DNA of 62,786 nucleotides, the filler included, from Folioceros fuciformis (lineage: Eukaryota), in NCBI GenBank assembly GCA_049999805.1. It is 12 parts of 12 records of this genome, joined end to end, with 100 filler letters (N's around TTAATTAATTAA, not from the genome) between each part and the next. Parts side by side here need not be neighbours in the genome. Positions count along the whole stretch, not along the records: positions 22,030 to 34,367 come from JBNGIO010001624.1; positions 34,468 to 47,226 come from JBNGIO010001625.1; 10 more parts are not named here. The stretch is one strand, 5' to 3'. Position 1 is the stretch's first letter, and each line of letters begins with the position of its first letter. Below, piece after piece: positions 24,891-36,840 of the stretch. The notes beneath the pieces were generated by a model. That model had not been told where the DNA came from and ran no database searches. It saw nothing but the letters and a program-made list of their open reading frames with translations. Position numbers and translations under genes: made by a program.

Positions 24891-25751
24891 GAAGGTCGTC
24901 CAAGAACCTTCAAGTAGGCCATTCTGAGCGCTACAGAGCACTACCATGATGCTCTGCTCAGAGCATTAGGGTTGCTTGTAACCTGGAGTAGATATTCCCA
25001 AGGCATGGAATTCCGGGTGCTTGATGATGGCATATCTAATCCATGCCTGGTGGACGAGGATGTGGTGTTGTACAGGAAGAGGAAGATGTCTGGGGCTGGG
25101 CTTGTCTCTGCTGCAGCGTCCTTGCAGGTGCGGAGACTGTGTTTTCGATTGGCTGGTTTTTCCGACGTCAGTAACGCTATGAAATGGAAGATGTATCTTT
25201 GGCCTCCGATTGACGTTTGTTGGAAGCCCAGGACGATATAGGGGGTTTGGTAGACCTGAATTGGGGGTAGCTGGTTCCACATTTTTTTTATAAATAGCGG
25301 TTACATCCGGGACTTTTATGCGGCCTAGTCTGCGGCTGTCCAGGATGCCAGTTGAGGCTCGGTGCAGGTGCTGGGAGCTTCTTTTGTGTCCCGGCTATGT
25401 TTTTGTAGGTGTTGCTGTCCCGTACAGGGCCAGAGAGACGCATAGCTGACCGGTCTCTTCCGTCATGGATGCCTTCTGCTTCTGTGGCATCAAACAGCTT
25501 CTGTGATGAGAGTATTAAATCGTGATGGAATGCGGACTGTCTCGTGCAGGAGCTGCTTGGAGGAGGAGGAGTTGTAGGTTTACGGACTTGAGATTGTATG
25601 CAATGCCCTTCTTATTCTGGTATGGAACAGCTTGACATGTCAGGCAACGACATGGTCGCTGAGTATGGAGTGAGCGGGTCTGAATCCCAGGTGGGACGGA
25701 TGGCAAGGATTTAGGGCAAACAGGAGATGACCACGCTGCGTGCGGAAGGCA

Positions 25752-28700
25752 ATGGCATCAAAATTGATGATCAGGGGGCAGTTGGAAGCTGTAGACGAAC
25801 TCGAGAATTCCCTTTTGCAAGCTTTCACTGGTCTGCAACCTATGCTCACTCCCCCTTATCACCTCGCTAGCCAATCTCCTGCTCAGCATGCGAATCTTCC
25901 TCAGGCCCTTCTGTATGCCATCCTCACCCACCCGGCCTCCGCTGTTTCCTATGCTGCCCAGCTGACAGCAATTACACACGATGGATATGCATCGGTTGTG
26001 TCCATCTTGAGTCGTCTGGTAAGCGAATCCTACCCGAAGCTTTTGGATCAGCCACGAAGCCAGATAACCTGGCTCCTCCGCCAGCTCATATCCTACTCTG
26101 CTGCTGATGTTGATTCCCTTTGCCTTTGTCTTCTCCGGCAAGTTGCTGGCGGGGATCTAAGAGAGCGGAACCTTATACTTGCAAGGGATTTGCTGGATAT
26201 TATGCGCAGCAACTGGTTGTGGTTCAACTCAAGTGTAGTTTTGCTGACCACTGCAGTGTATACCTATTTGCGCCTATTACCAGATCATGCCATGGCTAAA
26301 AGCGCCGCAGCAAGTGAGCTCAAGCAGAAAGAGACAGCGTTCTGCATCCAGATTCTGCGAGAACGTTTTCAAGATTGCAAGATTATTGGCCGGGACCTGG
26401 TGAGGCTTCTGCAGGATGTGGCTCTTATCCCTGAGTTTGAGCCTTTGTGGAGGGATTTGCTCTCAAACCCTTCTGTTTTTGGAATTGAGGACATCTCCAA
26501 GCTCTATGAAATCCGCACCCCTACTCGATACATCACCTCACGCATAACACCGGAAATGGAGACTCAAATCCGTTTTATGCTCAACAGTGTAAAGATGGGG
26601 TACCAGCGTAGATACCAGACCTGGTTTGCCCACAAGTATTTGTCGAGTCCAGAAAGTGAAACCCTTGTGTGTGACCTTATTAGGTTCATATGCGCTGTGA
26701 TTCATCCTTCTAATCAAATTCTTCAGTCTGACATTGTGCCAAGATGGGCAATCATAGGCTGGTTATTGAAATGCTGCAAGAGCAACCACCTTGAAGCCAA
26801 TGCAAGGTTCGCGTTGTTCTATGATTGGTTGTTCTTTGGGAAGAGACATGACAACATCATGAATATAGAGCCTGCTATTCTACTCATGACACACTCTATA
26901 CCCAAGTATGTCGATATGACACATTCTCTGTTGGACTTCTTGTTTCTTTTGATTGAGAATTATGACCCTCCCCGTAAGGCTCTCATTCAACAAGGAGTAA
27001 CTAGTTCCATCGGCATCTTAGTCGAAAAAGGTGTAGTGAGGTCCTTAGAGCCGTTGTTAGCATCCTGCAGTGTTGTGGCTTCTCCTCTGCGCGATAAGCT
27101 GATGTTCTACTTTCCAGCGTATTGCAAGGTTGAGCCTATCAGAATAGACTTGAGGCCAGAGCATGCGCCAGTGGGCAATGCCATGCCCTCTGTGCAGGCA
27201 GTATGCGGAAGCAGAGGCGCACAGGTCCAGAGTGGAGTTGTTCGGACTGCAGAGCTCACAGATGCTGAAGCAACGAAAATGGAAGATGTCAAGCCGAATG
27301 AGTATGGAGTCGCTGAAGCAGCCAGCCGTAAGCGAAAGCGGCCACCAGATTCGGAGGGTCTTTGGGCAGAAATGCCTTTGAACTTCAAGAAACTTACAGA
27401 TGCCTTGGACATTTCAACTGAGGTGGCAGTCAGTGCATTGGAAAAGCTTGTCTTGTCTTTTACGTCTGCTTCAGACCAACTTGTGACAGGAAGGTTTGCA
27501 GGGCAAAACATCAATGATAATGTCACAGGTTACGATGGGTCTTCAAGCCCTGTGAATCACATTCTGGACTCCGCCCTGGGTAACTTGGCGAAGTTTGCAC
27601 ATGAGGTTACTGAAATCCTGAAGAAGGGTGGGTATGATATATTTGGACCTCTTAAAAAGGTACCTTCGAATAACTTGGAGGCGGATGAGACAAATTCTCT
27701 CACCTCAACGTTGCTTAGGCTGTATGTGGCAAACAGGCATCCCCAAGTGAGGAATCTTCTTGTGTTTTGGCATCGTGAGGGCCACTCTGTTGGCGCGCGT
27801 CTGCTGTGCTATGTATCACGGCTTGCAGAGGAACTTGAGCAATCGGCATCTTCAAGCTTGGGCTTCAGCCACATGCAAGATGTAGATAACTCCAAGCCTG
27901 CCAGAATCGATGATGATTCAGTCGACACGAGCAGCATAGGAGAGGAAGGGGACGAAGAGGGAGAGGTGACCGAGAGCAATCCAGATGCACGAAAACAGAA
28001 AGCTGTGCCTAGTCAATCAGCAGGTCAGGTGCAGGTGGAGGGTGCGAATAGGAAAGCTGCTTCTAGAGGTTTGCAAGATACTGAGATGCACATGCGCTGT
28101 CGGACAGCTGTAGCTGATGCCTTCAGTGCCTATGAAGAATTTGTGCGACACATCATGAAGGAACTACCCTCCACCCAAAATGAGGCCCTCACGGTTTCCA
28201 GCCAGGGATTGCAAAACCACAGATTGGGTGTAGCAGTGAGGGCAGATGCTCAAGTTACGGATCCCAGTGTAGGCCTTCTGAGTGATCTACAAACCTGCCT
28301 TGTTTGGAATACGTACAGGTATTTGCGGGTACTTCCATCGGTTTTTCGCTACTTGCCGCATTTGGCAACAGGAAAGGATGAGTTAGTGGAGGAGCTAGTT
28401 GCGGTTTTGGATCCTTTGGAGCTTTGCAACTTCGAGTTTAGGCTGAGTCTCGGAGAATTCCAGATCCTGGGATTGGCTGAGGGTTTGGACAGGCTGATCA
28501 GGAAGTCCCTGAAGTGGGAATTTATGGAGCAGCAATTTTTTTGGCGGCTGCTTGTTGCCGAAGCGCTTGCAGTTCAGCCAAGAATGACTCTGCAGGTGCT
28601 GCGGACATGTGTTGCTTGTGTACAGCCATCTAGCAATGCTCAGGCCATGGGTGGTCTTATGTGTCTCCTGAGGGGGCAGCCACCTACGCCACTTCTTGTG

Positions 28701-29069
28701 AATACTGTGCTATCATTGCCGCATGCCTTTGGGAGGTTCGCGGCAGTAGTGCTGACAAACTGGATATCCTCACACTTGAAACTTTTGAGATCCTGCTTGC
28801 GTTCCTTGAATTCTGGGAGCCTGGCCCTGAAAGACAGGCCAAAGAAGGCTGAAGACTCCGAGGAGGATGCTGTAGCGGGGAGATACCATAGCTCCGTGGT
28901 TGTTTGTCTTCTGAATTCCCTTAAGGATCTGGAGAACGGACGGAGCAATAATGGAGAAGAAAGTGGTGTTCGAGAGATACGACGTGCAATTTTGCAACTC
29001 GCCGGAAGCAGGGGCTCTGGGAACCTGAGCCCAGGGCCTGGTGATGCCATGGGTTCACCTGATAGCTGA
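25752..29069 (+). CDS. INTS3: Integrator complex subunit 3 (INTS3 / SOSS-A), intronless, 1105 aa
   Basis: IGRDLVRLLQDVA, TPEMETQIRFML...VKMGYQRRYQTWF, DLIRFICAVIHPSNQILQSDIVPRWAIIGWLL and LFYDWLFF...NIMNIEPAILLM are INTS3 N-terminal signatures. The first ATG is at 25752. Confidence 0.95.
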   Translation: MASKLMIRGQLEAVDELENSLLQAFTGLQPMLTPPYHLASQSPAQHANLPQALLYAILTHPASAVSYAAQLTAITHDGYASVVSILSRLVSESYPKLLDQPRSQITWLLRQLISYSAADVDSLCLCLLRQVAGGDLRERNLILARDLLDIMRSNWLWFNSSVVLLTTAVYTYLRLLPDHAMAKSAAASELKQKETAFCIQILRERFQDCKIIGRDLVRLLQDVALIPEFEPLWRDLLSNPSVFGIEDISKLYEIRTPTRYITSRITPEMETQIRFMLNSVKMGYQRRYQTWFAHKYLSSPESETLVCDLIRFICAVIHPSNQILQSDIVPRWAIIGWLLKCCKSNHLEANARFALFYDWLFFGKRHDNIMNIEPAILLMTHSIPKYVDMTHSLLDFLFLLIENYDPPRKALIQQGVTSSIGILVEKGVVRSLEPLLASCSVVASPLRDKLMFYFPAYCKVEPIRIDLRPEHAPVGNAMPSVQAVCGSRGAQVQSGVVRTAELTDAEATKMEDVKPNEYGVAEAASRKRKRPPDSEGLWAEMPLNFKKLTDALDISTEVAVSALEKLVLSFTSASDQLVTGRFAGQNINDNVTGYDGSSSPVNHILDSALGNLAKFAHEVTEILKKGGYDIFGPLKKVPSNNLEADETNSLTSTLLRLYVANRHPQVRNLLVFWHREGHSVGARLLCYVSRLAEELEQSASSSLGFSHMQDVDNSKPARIDDDSVDTSSIGEEGDEEGEVTESNPDARKQKAVPSQSAGQVQVEGANRKAASRGLQDTEMHMRCRTAVADAFSAYEEFVRHIMKELPSTQNEALTVSSQGLQNHRLGVAVRADAQVTDPSVGLLSDLQTCLVWNTYRYLRVLPSVFRYLPHLATGKDELVEELVAVLDPLELCNFEFRLSLGEFQILGLAEGLDRLIRKSLKWEFMEQQFFWRLLVAEALAVQPRMTLQVLRTCVACVQPSSNAQAMGGLMCLLRGQPPTPLLVNTVLSLPHAFGRFAAVVLTNWISSHLKLLRSCLRSLNSGSLALKDRPKKAEDSEEDAVAGRYHSSVVVCLLNSLKDLENGRSNNGEESGVREIRRAILQLAGSRGSGNLSPGPGDAMGSPDS

Positions 29070-30873
29070 CACCTAAGGTGAACAGCTCAGGCGTATGTAC
29101 GTGTATGGTGTTGGCACTTCCATCCCTCCATTCCAGGGATTAGTGCCATAACCTTGATGGTCGGCATGCTGAATTCACCTGCTGACAGATCTGTCAATCA
29201 TTTGTGGGCACCGAAAAGTGCCCAGCCCTGGTTCACATTCCTGAACAGGTTCGGGCCTCCTAGCAGTTCTTGATGATATACCTGAGGTGGCCATGTTTAG
29301 GAGCTGTCAGTTTGTGTATCAGTGTTGGACGTTGCTGACATTTTGTTCAATTCGTTTTCAGAATGTGCTATGTAGACCCCAAACCACGGGGTGGGAAGCT
29401 GTGTCCGGCCTAAAGCGTCCGTCGCTTTGAACTCAAGTGGGCGGCACGGTCCGGATCGCCGTGGATTGTCTCGGCAAATTCAGGTGGTTCAGGCTCTCTC
29501 TACTCATAGAAAGTAGGTTTGAGCCTGGAGGGTATATTTGTCCACGAATGCGAAGTTGGGAGAGTAGGGGACTGCAAGACATGCGGAAGCCACCCGAGCG
29601 ATCACGGCATTGACTGTGTGCTGAAATATAGTTGGGCGAACATGACCTCACTCTCTGTTCCGAAAATACTACTGACAAACTCATCTGGCTCAACAAGTGA
29701 CTAGGTGGCGTCTTTGCGATTAGTTCCTGTTGAGAGAAACGCAGTCCTGTCCTGTTGAGGGCACCGTGTTCCAGTTCGAGGCTATGAAACGTCCTCACAT
29801 CAGTCAACGACGTCAAGAAGTTCCGGGGTGTATGCGATAAGCACGAGTGTTGTGCAAGCACGTGCTCCGTATCCGAAAAGGCTCCGTATCTGAAAAGAAG
29901 TCCATGAGGCATTACTCAAAGCAAGCACGTTCGAGACACGGAGGAAGATACGACAATTGAAGTACATCCTTACCATCCTGCGTACGTAGCTTGAAGGACT
30001 AAGCAAGGCTACGGTCATGTCAATTCATCAGTCATTGTGTTTCGGTCATCTCATTTCTTGCGACTGTAGCCTGGTTCCGACAAGCACGCGCGTATTGAGC
30101 CAATTGTGTGACTGGTACTTGCAGGGATTCCTTACCCAGCAGCATCAGCAGTGTTGGAGGCAAAAATTAGGGCAAGCACAGTGCAATCCACTGTTCTAGC
30201 CTCCCTTATGGAGATGGCACCGCCCACGACGCTTCCCCTCGTGGTTTTACTGGAAGCTTGTGGCCCAAGGCTCACGCGGGCGGCTAAGCCCCACGACATG
30301 TCCAGATCCAAAGATGCCTCCTTCAACAGCTAGCACTCCAGTGAATCCCCGCTTATCAGCTGCTGAACTGGTACGCCAGCGACGAAACCATCGATGCTTC
30401 CTCCTGGGCCTGGGACGGCAAAGGGCAAACTAGTACATGCTTGACCTCGTCTCTCACAACTGATTAGAAGACAAAAATTGTTGTCCTATACACCAAGACC
30501 CGGTCGATTCCACAGATTTCAGCCCTGTGAAAGACTACCCGCCTTCTGCCTATCTGATCCCCTGGCCCTGCTTGTCGTACGTAGGTACGTCCTGAAAGGG
30601 TCTTGGAATTGGTTGCAACGTTCTCAGTGGAAGCTTTGATGTGCACACACACGACGTCGTGTACATTTTCTTTTTTGTTTTCCAATTAAAAACCTTGTTT
30701 ATCTCCACCACCGTATCTGCTCGTTTCCCGGCACAGCGCTATTCCCCACTTACATCACGTCATGCAGCATATTTCTCACGCACCACTCAGGCACGAGATT
30801 CGTCACTTGTACAGTTTCTTGGCTGTGCACAACGTTGCCCTGTTGGCCTGTTCGTGTTGTTATTCCCCGTTGC

Positions 30874-30956
30874 TGTGGACCACAATCTGCGGGGGTATGG
30901 GCCACAATCTGTGTTGTTATGGAGCACAATCTGTGTTTTTATGGACCACAATCTCG
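30874..30956. repeat. Minisatellite, ~22-bp unit x4 (core CACAATCT)
   Basis: TGGACCACAATCTG / TGGGCCACAATCTG / TGGAGCACAATCTG / TGGACCACAATCTC in tandem. Confidence 0.8.
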
Positions 30957-32028
30957 CTACTGCTTCGGAGAATCGAGGTGGGAAGTTACACAGCTCTCCG
31001 GGCCAACGCAGCCCCAGCGCAAGAGATCTGGATCTCGGAAAACCACTAAATCTCAGCCAGCCTGGCCCACCTACCGTGCGGCATCAATCAAGCAAACAAG
31101 GTTGGCACGAACGGGGTCCTGGTCCTGGTACTGGTAGTCCCGTTGTACAAGCTCCCCCTCAACCTGGGCCACACCCTCACACCTGGTTTAATATCAAGCA
31201 GCAGCTACAGTCCTAACCACATACACATGCACATAACCCGAAACCCTTACCCTTTTGACCATGAAGTCTCCCTTGGTCTCGGAGACAAACAGAGCGGTCT
31301 CGGACACTCGTCTCCTCCCTTTTGTCCCCTTTCTCCAGGTGGTCTTCCTGGCATCATGCATCTCCAACATTGGTATGAAGCCCACACGAAGTCTAAGACA
31401 CCAACCACAGTCTCGCACAACCCCCTAAAACCTCCAAACCCCTAGACCCAACATTGACTCGCACAGTGGTCAAAACCCTTGCAGCCTCCGCCTAAGCGCC
31501 CGGCCCGGGCCCCCACCCGGCTGTAGCCACGGTGCTCAAGAACGTGACCTGACCCCGCCCTCCGGAAGGGCAAACAAATCACACACACCCTCTGAGAAAG
31601 GGACAGGCTGCACACATCAAATGAAATAAAATGCGTCTCCCGCCCATCAGCCTGGACTGGTGTAAAGATGTGCACGCCTCTTCCGCCGTGCAGCCCTGGT
31701 GCACCCTGTTGCCCGTCGTCATCGTCACCCACTGCAACTCGAGTACACAGCTACCAGTTGCCATCTCCGCACAGACTGCACAGACTGCAAGTCTGCATCC
31801 CCATCCGTCTCCGATCACATCCCTCCTGTGTGGCAACACTAAACAAATGCGAAAGCGACGCGCAACGAAAAAATATTCCGGGCCTCCAACCACCCACTTA
31901 GCGCCCTCCTCCCATCCTGCAATCAGAAAACAAGGAGAAGCCCGGGACCCCGATTCCGTCATTCCATCCACGCATCGACGAACCAGAAACCCGCGACCCT
32001 AATCCACGCAAGCCAAGTGGCATACCAT

Positions 32029-32298
32029 CCACGTGTTCTCCACGTCATCCGCTCCCCCGAAATATCTGCTGGAATCGCATCCTCATCATCCCACGTCACC
32101 AGCACCCCGATCCTCGTGGCGTAGGGCCACGTAGGCGTGCTCTACACTTCTCTCCTTGTCGTAGAGCGCACTTAGTTTCGGCGTCGAATACCAGAGGGCG
32201 CGAAGCATTTTTCTAACTTCCAAAAATAGCCATCTCCTCAATTTGCAAGATGCGATCCCGGCCCCGTCCCTCGGCGGCCTCGAGGGCGCGGCCCACGT
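32029..32298 (-). promoter_or_regulatory. Cluster of five same-strand ACGTGG (ABRE/G-box-type bZIP) cores
   Basis: CCACGT at 32029, 32040, 32091, 32127 and 32293. Confidence 0.5.
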
Positions 32299-34470
32299 CG
32301 GCCCTACGTCTGCCCCCGCCGTCACCAACCGAAATAACTGCCGCAAACTGACGCCGTCAGCTCTGCCACTCCTCTGCTCTGCCCCTCCTGTCGTCCCCAC
32401 ATGCCGTAAACGCCGCTTTATGGCAAGTCCTGTCGCCGGGACAGGAACGGGGAGCGGTTATGGCGTCGTCAACCGACGCGCCGTCCCGTTCCCGCCTGCT
32501 CCTGCAAGAGCTGGCAGGTGCGTACAGCACTCGGTGAAAACGGTTCGCAACTTGACAGCGCACTCACACCACGCGCAGATCGCAAGAGTAACTTCGCAAT
32601 CTCAATCTTCCCCAGTTGGGCGCCTGTTAAGATCACAGATGCAAGTGACCTTAACTTTGTGGGCACTCGACTCGACCCTTCCTCACGATATGTCACTCGA
32701 ATGCTGTTACGGGAGTAGGTAAATCTCATCACTCCCATCGTGTCCCACACAGCCATTCCTCCCACTGACATCGACTTGCCTCCCACGCATGCTGCGAGGC
32801 TCGTTCGCTTTGCCTCAACGTTTTCCAACTTTTTCACAGAAGCCGGACTCGTTGTCAGGCTGTTGTGGTTTGGACACACCGTCTTGCTCGTCGCTTGCTG
32901 GCAGTTCACAGTTCAGCTCACGGTGTGTGCGTTATACAGTATGTCGGGTGTGGGGCTTGCTCCCGTAGGTTGGGGGGGCGGCCCTGACTGATGGTTTAAG
33001 GAGACCCACCTCGGGAAGTGGAATCGCGGAACCCAAGTGTCAAGCGAGGCTAGTCTTGGGCAGAGTAGTTACGGTGCGCAGTGGATTTGGAAGCTTCCAG
33101 CGGTGGTGTATCATTGTCATGTCCACACTGGTATGGCGTTGCGCTTTGGAGGGAAGTCACACAAAGCACTTGCCACGAGCAGCATATGGGCTCTGAGGCC
33201 GCATTGAATGCGTCTGGAAAAGAGTGACGCTGCTTTATGCGGACCCACGAGCCTACGAAATTGTATTCTAACATCCCTGGGCCCCGCATGTTCTTTCAAC
33301 GAGGTCGGCCCTCTGACGCTTGGACGTTCTGCTGTACGCCATACGTACTGGGCATGTGTGTATGTATGTCTTTTGTGGAGTACAGTACATGCATAGGGTA
33401 CGTTTTGTTCGTGGGATACGGGGCAGTCGTATCGGACCTGACTGGAGCACACCACATGGCATGTTCACTGTGCAGACCTGATAGGGGTACTTTATGCAGG
33501 CGCCGAGCTAAGGAAAAGGAAGAATGACAGGGGAGATGGAGAGGTGAGCTCGGATATGGTTCTCGGTACTGGTATATGTCCTGGCACTCGGTACATATGC
33601 ATATGCACTGTATGTATGTTTTTGCGGGCTTGTTGTTCTAGAGGGAAGGAGGGCAGGAGGAAGGGAGGGAGGAAGCGTGGTGTGATCATCAGCCCGGGTG
33701 ACAGGATTTGACGTTGCCTGGATGTGGGCGCTGCATTTACGCAAGTGATTTGTATTTACGCAGCTGGGCCGGGACCCGGAGGGCGTGTGTTGTGTACATG
33801 TGGGTGCAGGGAGGAGGCCGTTGAGCGGGAATTGAGGCCAAGAATCCGCTTACGGGCTGCTGCTGAGGCTGGTAATATGTCCGGCTGAGATCTTTATTTG
33901 AACGCTAATGTGTCCTGTTACGGACCCGTTTGTCCTGTTTGCCCGCCCTGCACGTCTCTCTCCTGCCTCCTGCTTGCCGTAGAGCCCTGCAATCTGCGGG
34001 GCAAGGGGACAGGGCTTTCCCGAGCTCCTGCCTCCGCCTCCGCCTCCGCCTCGCCGGAATAGATCCAGAAACTGGCAGGCCCCACCGGGAGGCAGGCCCA
34101 GCAGCTTTGTGCTCTCCCTATTTCGTCAGGAAAGCTTTCTCCTCTCTGGCCTGTTGCACTGCTGAAGGAGCTGGTGGGTGGGCAACTGTGGCAGGCATCT
34201 CAAAGGAGTAGGAGGTGTTGAAAGAGGGAGGAACAGGAACAGGTTGCAGCAGCCTTCCCCCGGCAAAACTCGCGACGAGGACTGTGGTTGGAGGAATTCT
34301 GGCAGGATAGTGGGACCCTGCGGCCTCTGGTGCAGTGTTAGTGCTTCTGGCACGCGCACTTCCTTCTNNNNNNNNNNNNNNNNNNNNNNNNNNNNNNNNN
34401 NNNNNNNNNNNTTAATTAATTAANNNNNNNNNNNNNNNNNNNNNNNNNNNNNNNNNNNNNNNNNNNNTAC

Positions 34471-36174
34471 CATCACTGGGTGCCTCAGGGGTTATGTATA
34501 CACCAAACCACTGCTGAGCCAACGCAGAAGCTAATCTCAACCGAGTCTCTACAGCCTTCAAGGACATGTAAGAAGGTGGCGGATACGTCAGAGTACAGAA
34601 TCTGCAGCTTTCAGCACTAGAAGGACACTGCAGGAATCATTCCTACGAACACTATACTGCTTACAAGAAGGAGCCTAATAATAGGTACCTGATCGATTAT
34701 GTTCTCATTGAACAAAAGGTAAGAACTGAGAATAGTCACTGACGCAGAGACACAGACTGAGGAAACTGCAGACTCTGTGTTGATAAATACATGCTTGTAG
34801 CAAGCATAGGGGAACGGGGCACCCACATATTCTTCAAACCAGCTGGACGTACAGTAGAAATCATGTGACTCACACACACAGAAAGCAACTAGGAAGGCAA
34901 GGCATACAATGCAGAACTGTATAAAGCACCTAACTCGTAATACCTAAAGACTGAGTGAAATAAGCTGATGGTACACTCGAGTTTAGTCACATTGTCGCCA
35001 CCCGGCATGCAGTAGTGTAGGATGGATGAGTTGTGGCGATCTGGAACCTCCTCGAGAGGAGCCACCACGAGGGAAATGAAGTTGGCAGCAGTGGGAATGC
35101 CCAGATGATATGCAAATGTCTTGAGCCCGGAGTTGTCTGGACTCGACACCTGCTCGACAGAAATTTCACCACTTGAAACGGCAACTTCCCACAGCAGCAG
35201 CAGTTGTCGCTACACAGCACACAGAGAGACACCCCACCTGGTGCAATAATTCGCCGCAACTCACAACGAAATAATTGGCATCAACTGTGAACTCCATATC
35301 GTAGCTGCATGACCGACACGCACAACCGGGGCTCAGCCGTCCACCTGACCGAAATCTCCAGACAGGCGGATAGAGAGAGAGAAAGGCAGACAACCTGCAT
35401 CGCTGCGACGGAGAGTCCATACACGGGAACCACCAGCGAGCATGGCGCTGCTGGGTATTCACGTGCATTGTATCGCCCGAAAAATAAGCTCCTAGCTCAG
35501 GGTCTTCCACCCAGTACTCTACCCACACAAGCTTCACCTCCTCGGTGGGATCGCCTTCCGCGGGGACAGTGGAAGCAGGAGCTTCCCCAGCAGCCTCCCC
35601 CGCAGTGGGCTCAAGCTTGGGCCCCGGAGCCGGCCCGGCCACAGGGATCAGAACATCAGGCACCGATTCCAGCTGCAGCAAGGCGGTATACCTGGCGTAG
35701 GCAGCGTCGGCGGCCTGAGCTGGCGTGAGAACCTCGCCCTGCTCGACGCCGGCAGCGGCCTCATCATTCGGCCGCAGTAAGTCATAGTTGATGGCCTTGT
35801 CGTCCACAAGAACGCGCTTCAGATTCAGACCCCTAGTGCTCAGCCCGATCAAGCTCCCCTTGGTGCACGCAACCGTGAGTTCAGTGTACCTGCAGGAAAG
35901 AAAATGGAGCTCACGGTCACGCCCAGCCCAGGCTAGCCCAGCCAAGGCCAGAGACACCAAACCCTAGATTGCAGCTGCCCCTGAAGCTCCAGGTGCAGCT
36001 GGATTGAGTGAGGCAGCAATCCAGGCCCCCAGCAGATCCCTACCCCTCCAGCCGCCTCCTCTGCACGTCGATGGCCACGCACAGCTTCTGATGGCGCAGC
36101 GTCACGCTGGGCCCAGCGGCGGCCACAGCGTCCCCCTTTCCATCGCGCTGCTTCTGCTTGCGCTGTTTGGCCAT
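34471..36174 (-). CDS. TAF2: TFIID subunit TAF2, first 6 exons (36174-36044, 35889-35395, 35304-35238, 35149-34944, 34842-34689, 34555-34471); rest beyond contig end
   Basis: HQKLCVAID...[53 protein letters not shown] match the aminopeptidase-like N-terminal region of TAF2. GT-AG introns keep the frame. Confidence 0.92.
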
Positions 36175-36840
36175 GCTCCGGCCCCTGCCCCCTCACCCTG
36201 GCCTCCGGCGACCAGAGCTCACACATTTATATGTATGCTCCTCCAGTATCACAGCCAAATCTCCTTTTCCTCTCCTGGAAATTCGCGAATCAAATGGTCA
36301 ATCGTCTGGACGCTCCAGGTGCTAGGTTTCGTTTTGATCCGACAATGCCAGCCATTTGCAGTACGTACGCACAGCTAATAGAATGTATTGTATGTACATA
36401 CAGACATATGCATTGTATTAGGTCACACTGTTGGCACCCAGGTCGAGGCCATGTCTTAAACTAACGAGGAAAGGAAACAAAGCACTTCAGAGTACTCCAT
36501 ATCGCTCACATGCGGTACTGTGTAAGGGAGTCGCAGCGGTCCATCTCACAGCTCGTACGGGAGCGTGGGGCAGGCCTGCTCTTCCCTCAACACTTCGCTT
36601 TCCCTTGGTTCACACAGAAATCGCGAAAGGGATTCATATTCAGGCAAAGCGCACACTGAGCACAGAGGATAACATGGAAGAGTGATGCCTAGAACAAGTC
36701 GACCAGGAATCCCCCGGACGTTCGTGAACCTGATGCTTTGGGAATGAAGGAAGGATAGTGCAGCGCGGCTTGGTATGTATCAGGTGAGGTGAAGTGGCGT
36801 ACATACATATACTGTAGATGGTGGAAGGCGGGAAGGTGAC

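Noticed and set aside
34109-34128. GTGCTCTCCCTATTTCGTCA resembling a miR156/529 target or star strand
   Set aside because: It has about four differences from the canonical site, including in the seed-pairing region. There is no SPL ORF and no complementary hairpin arm nearby.
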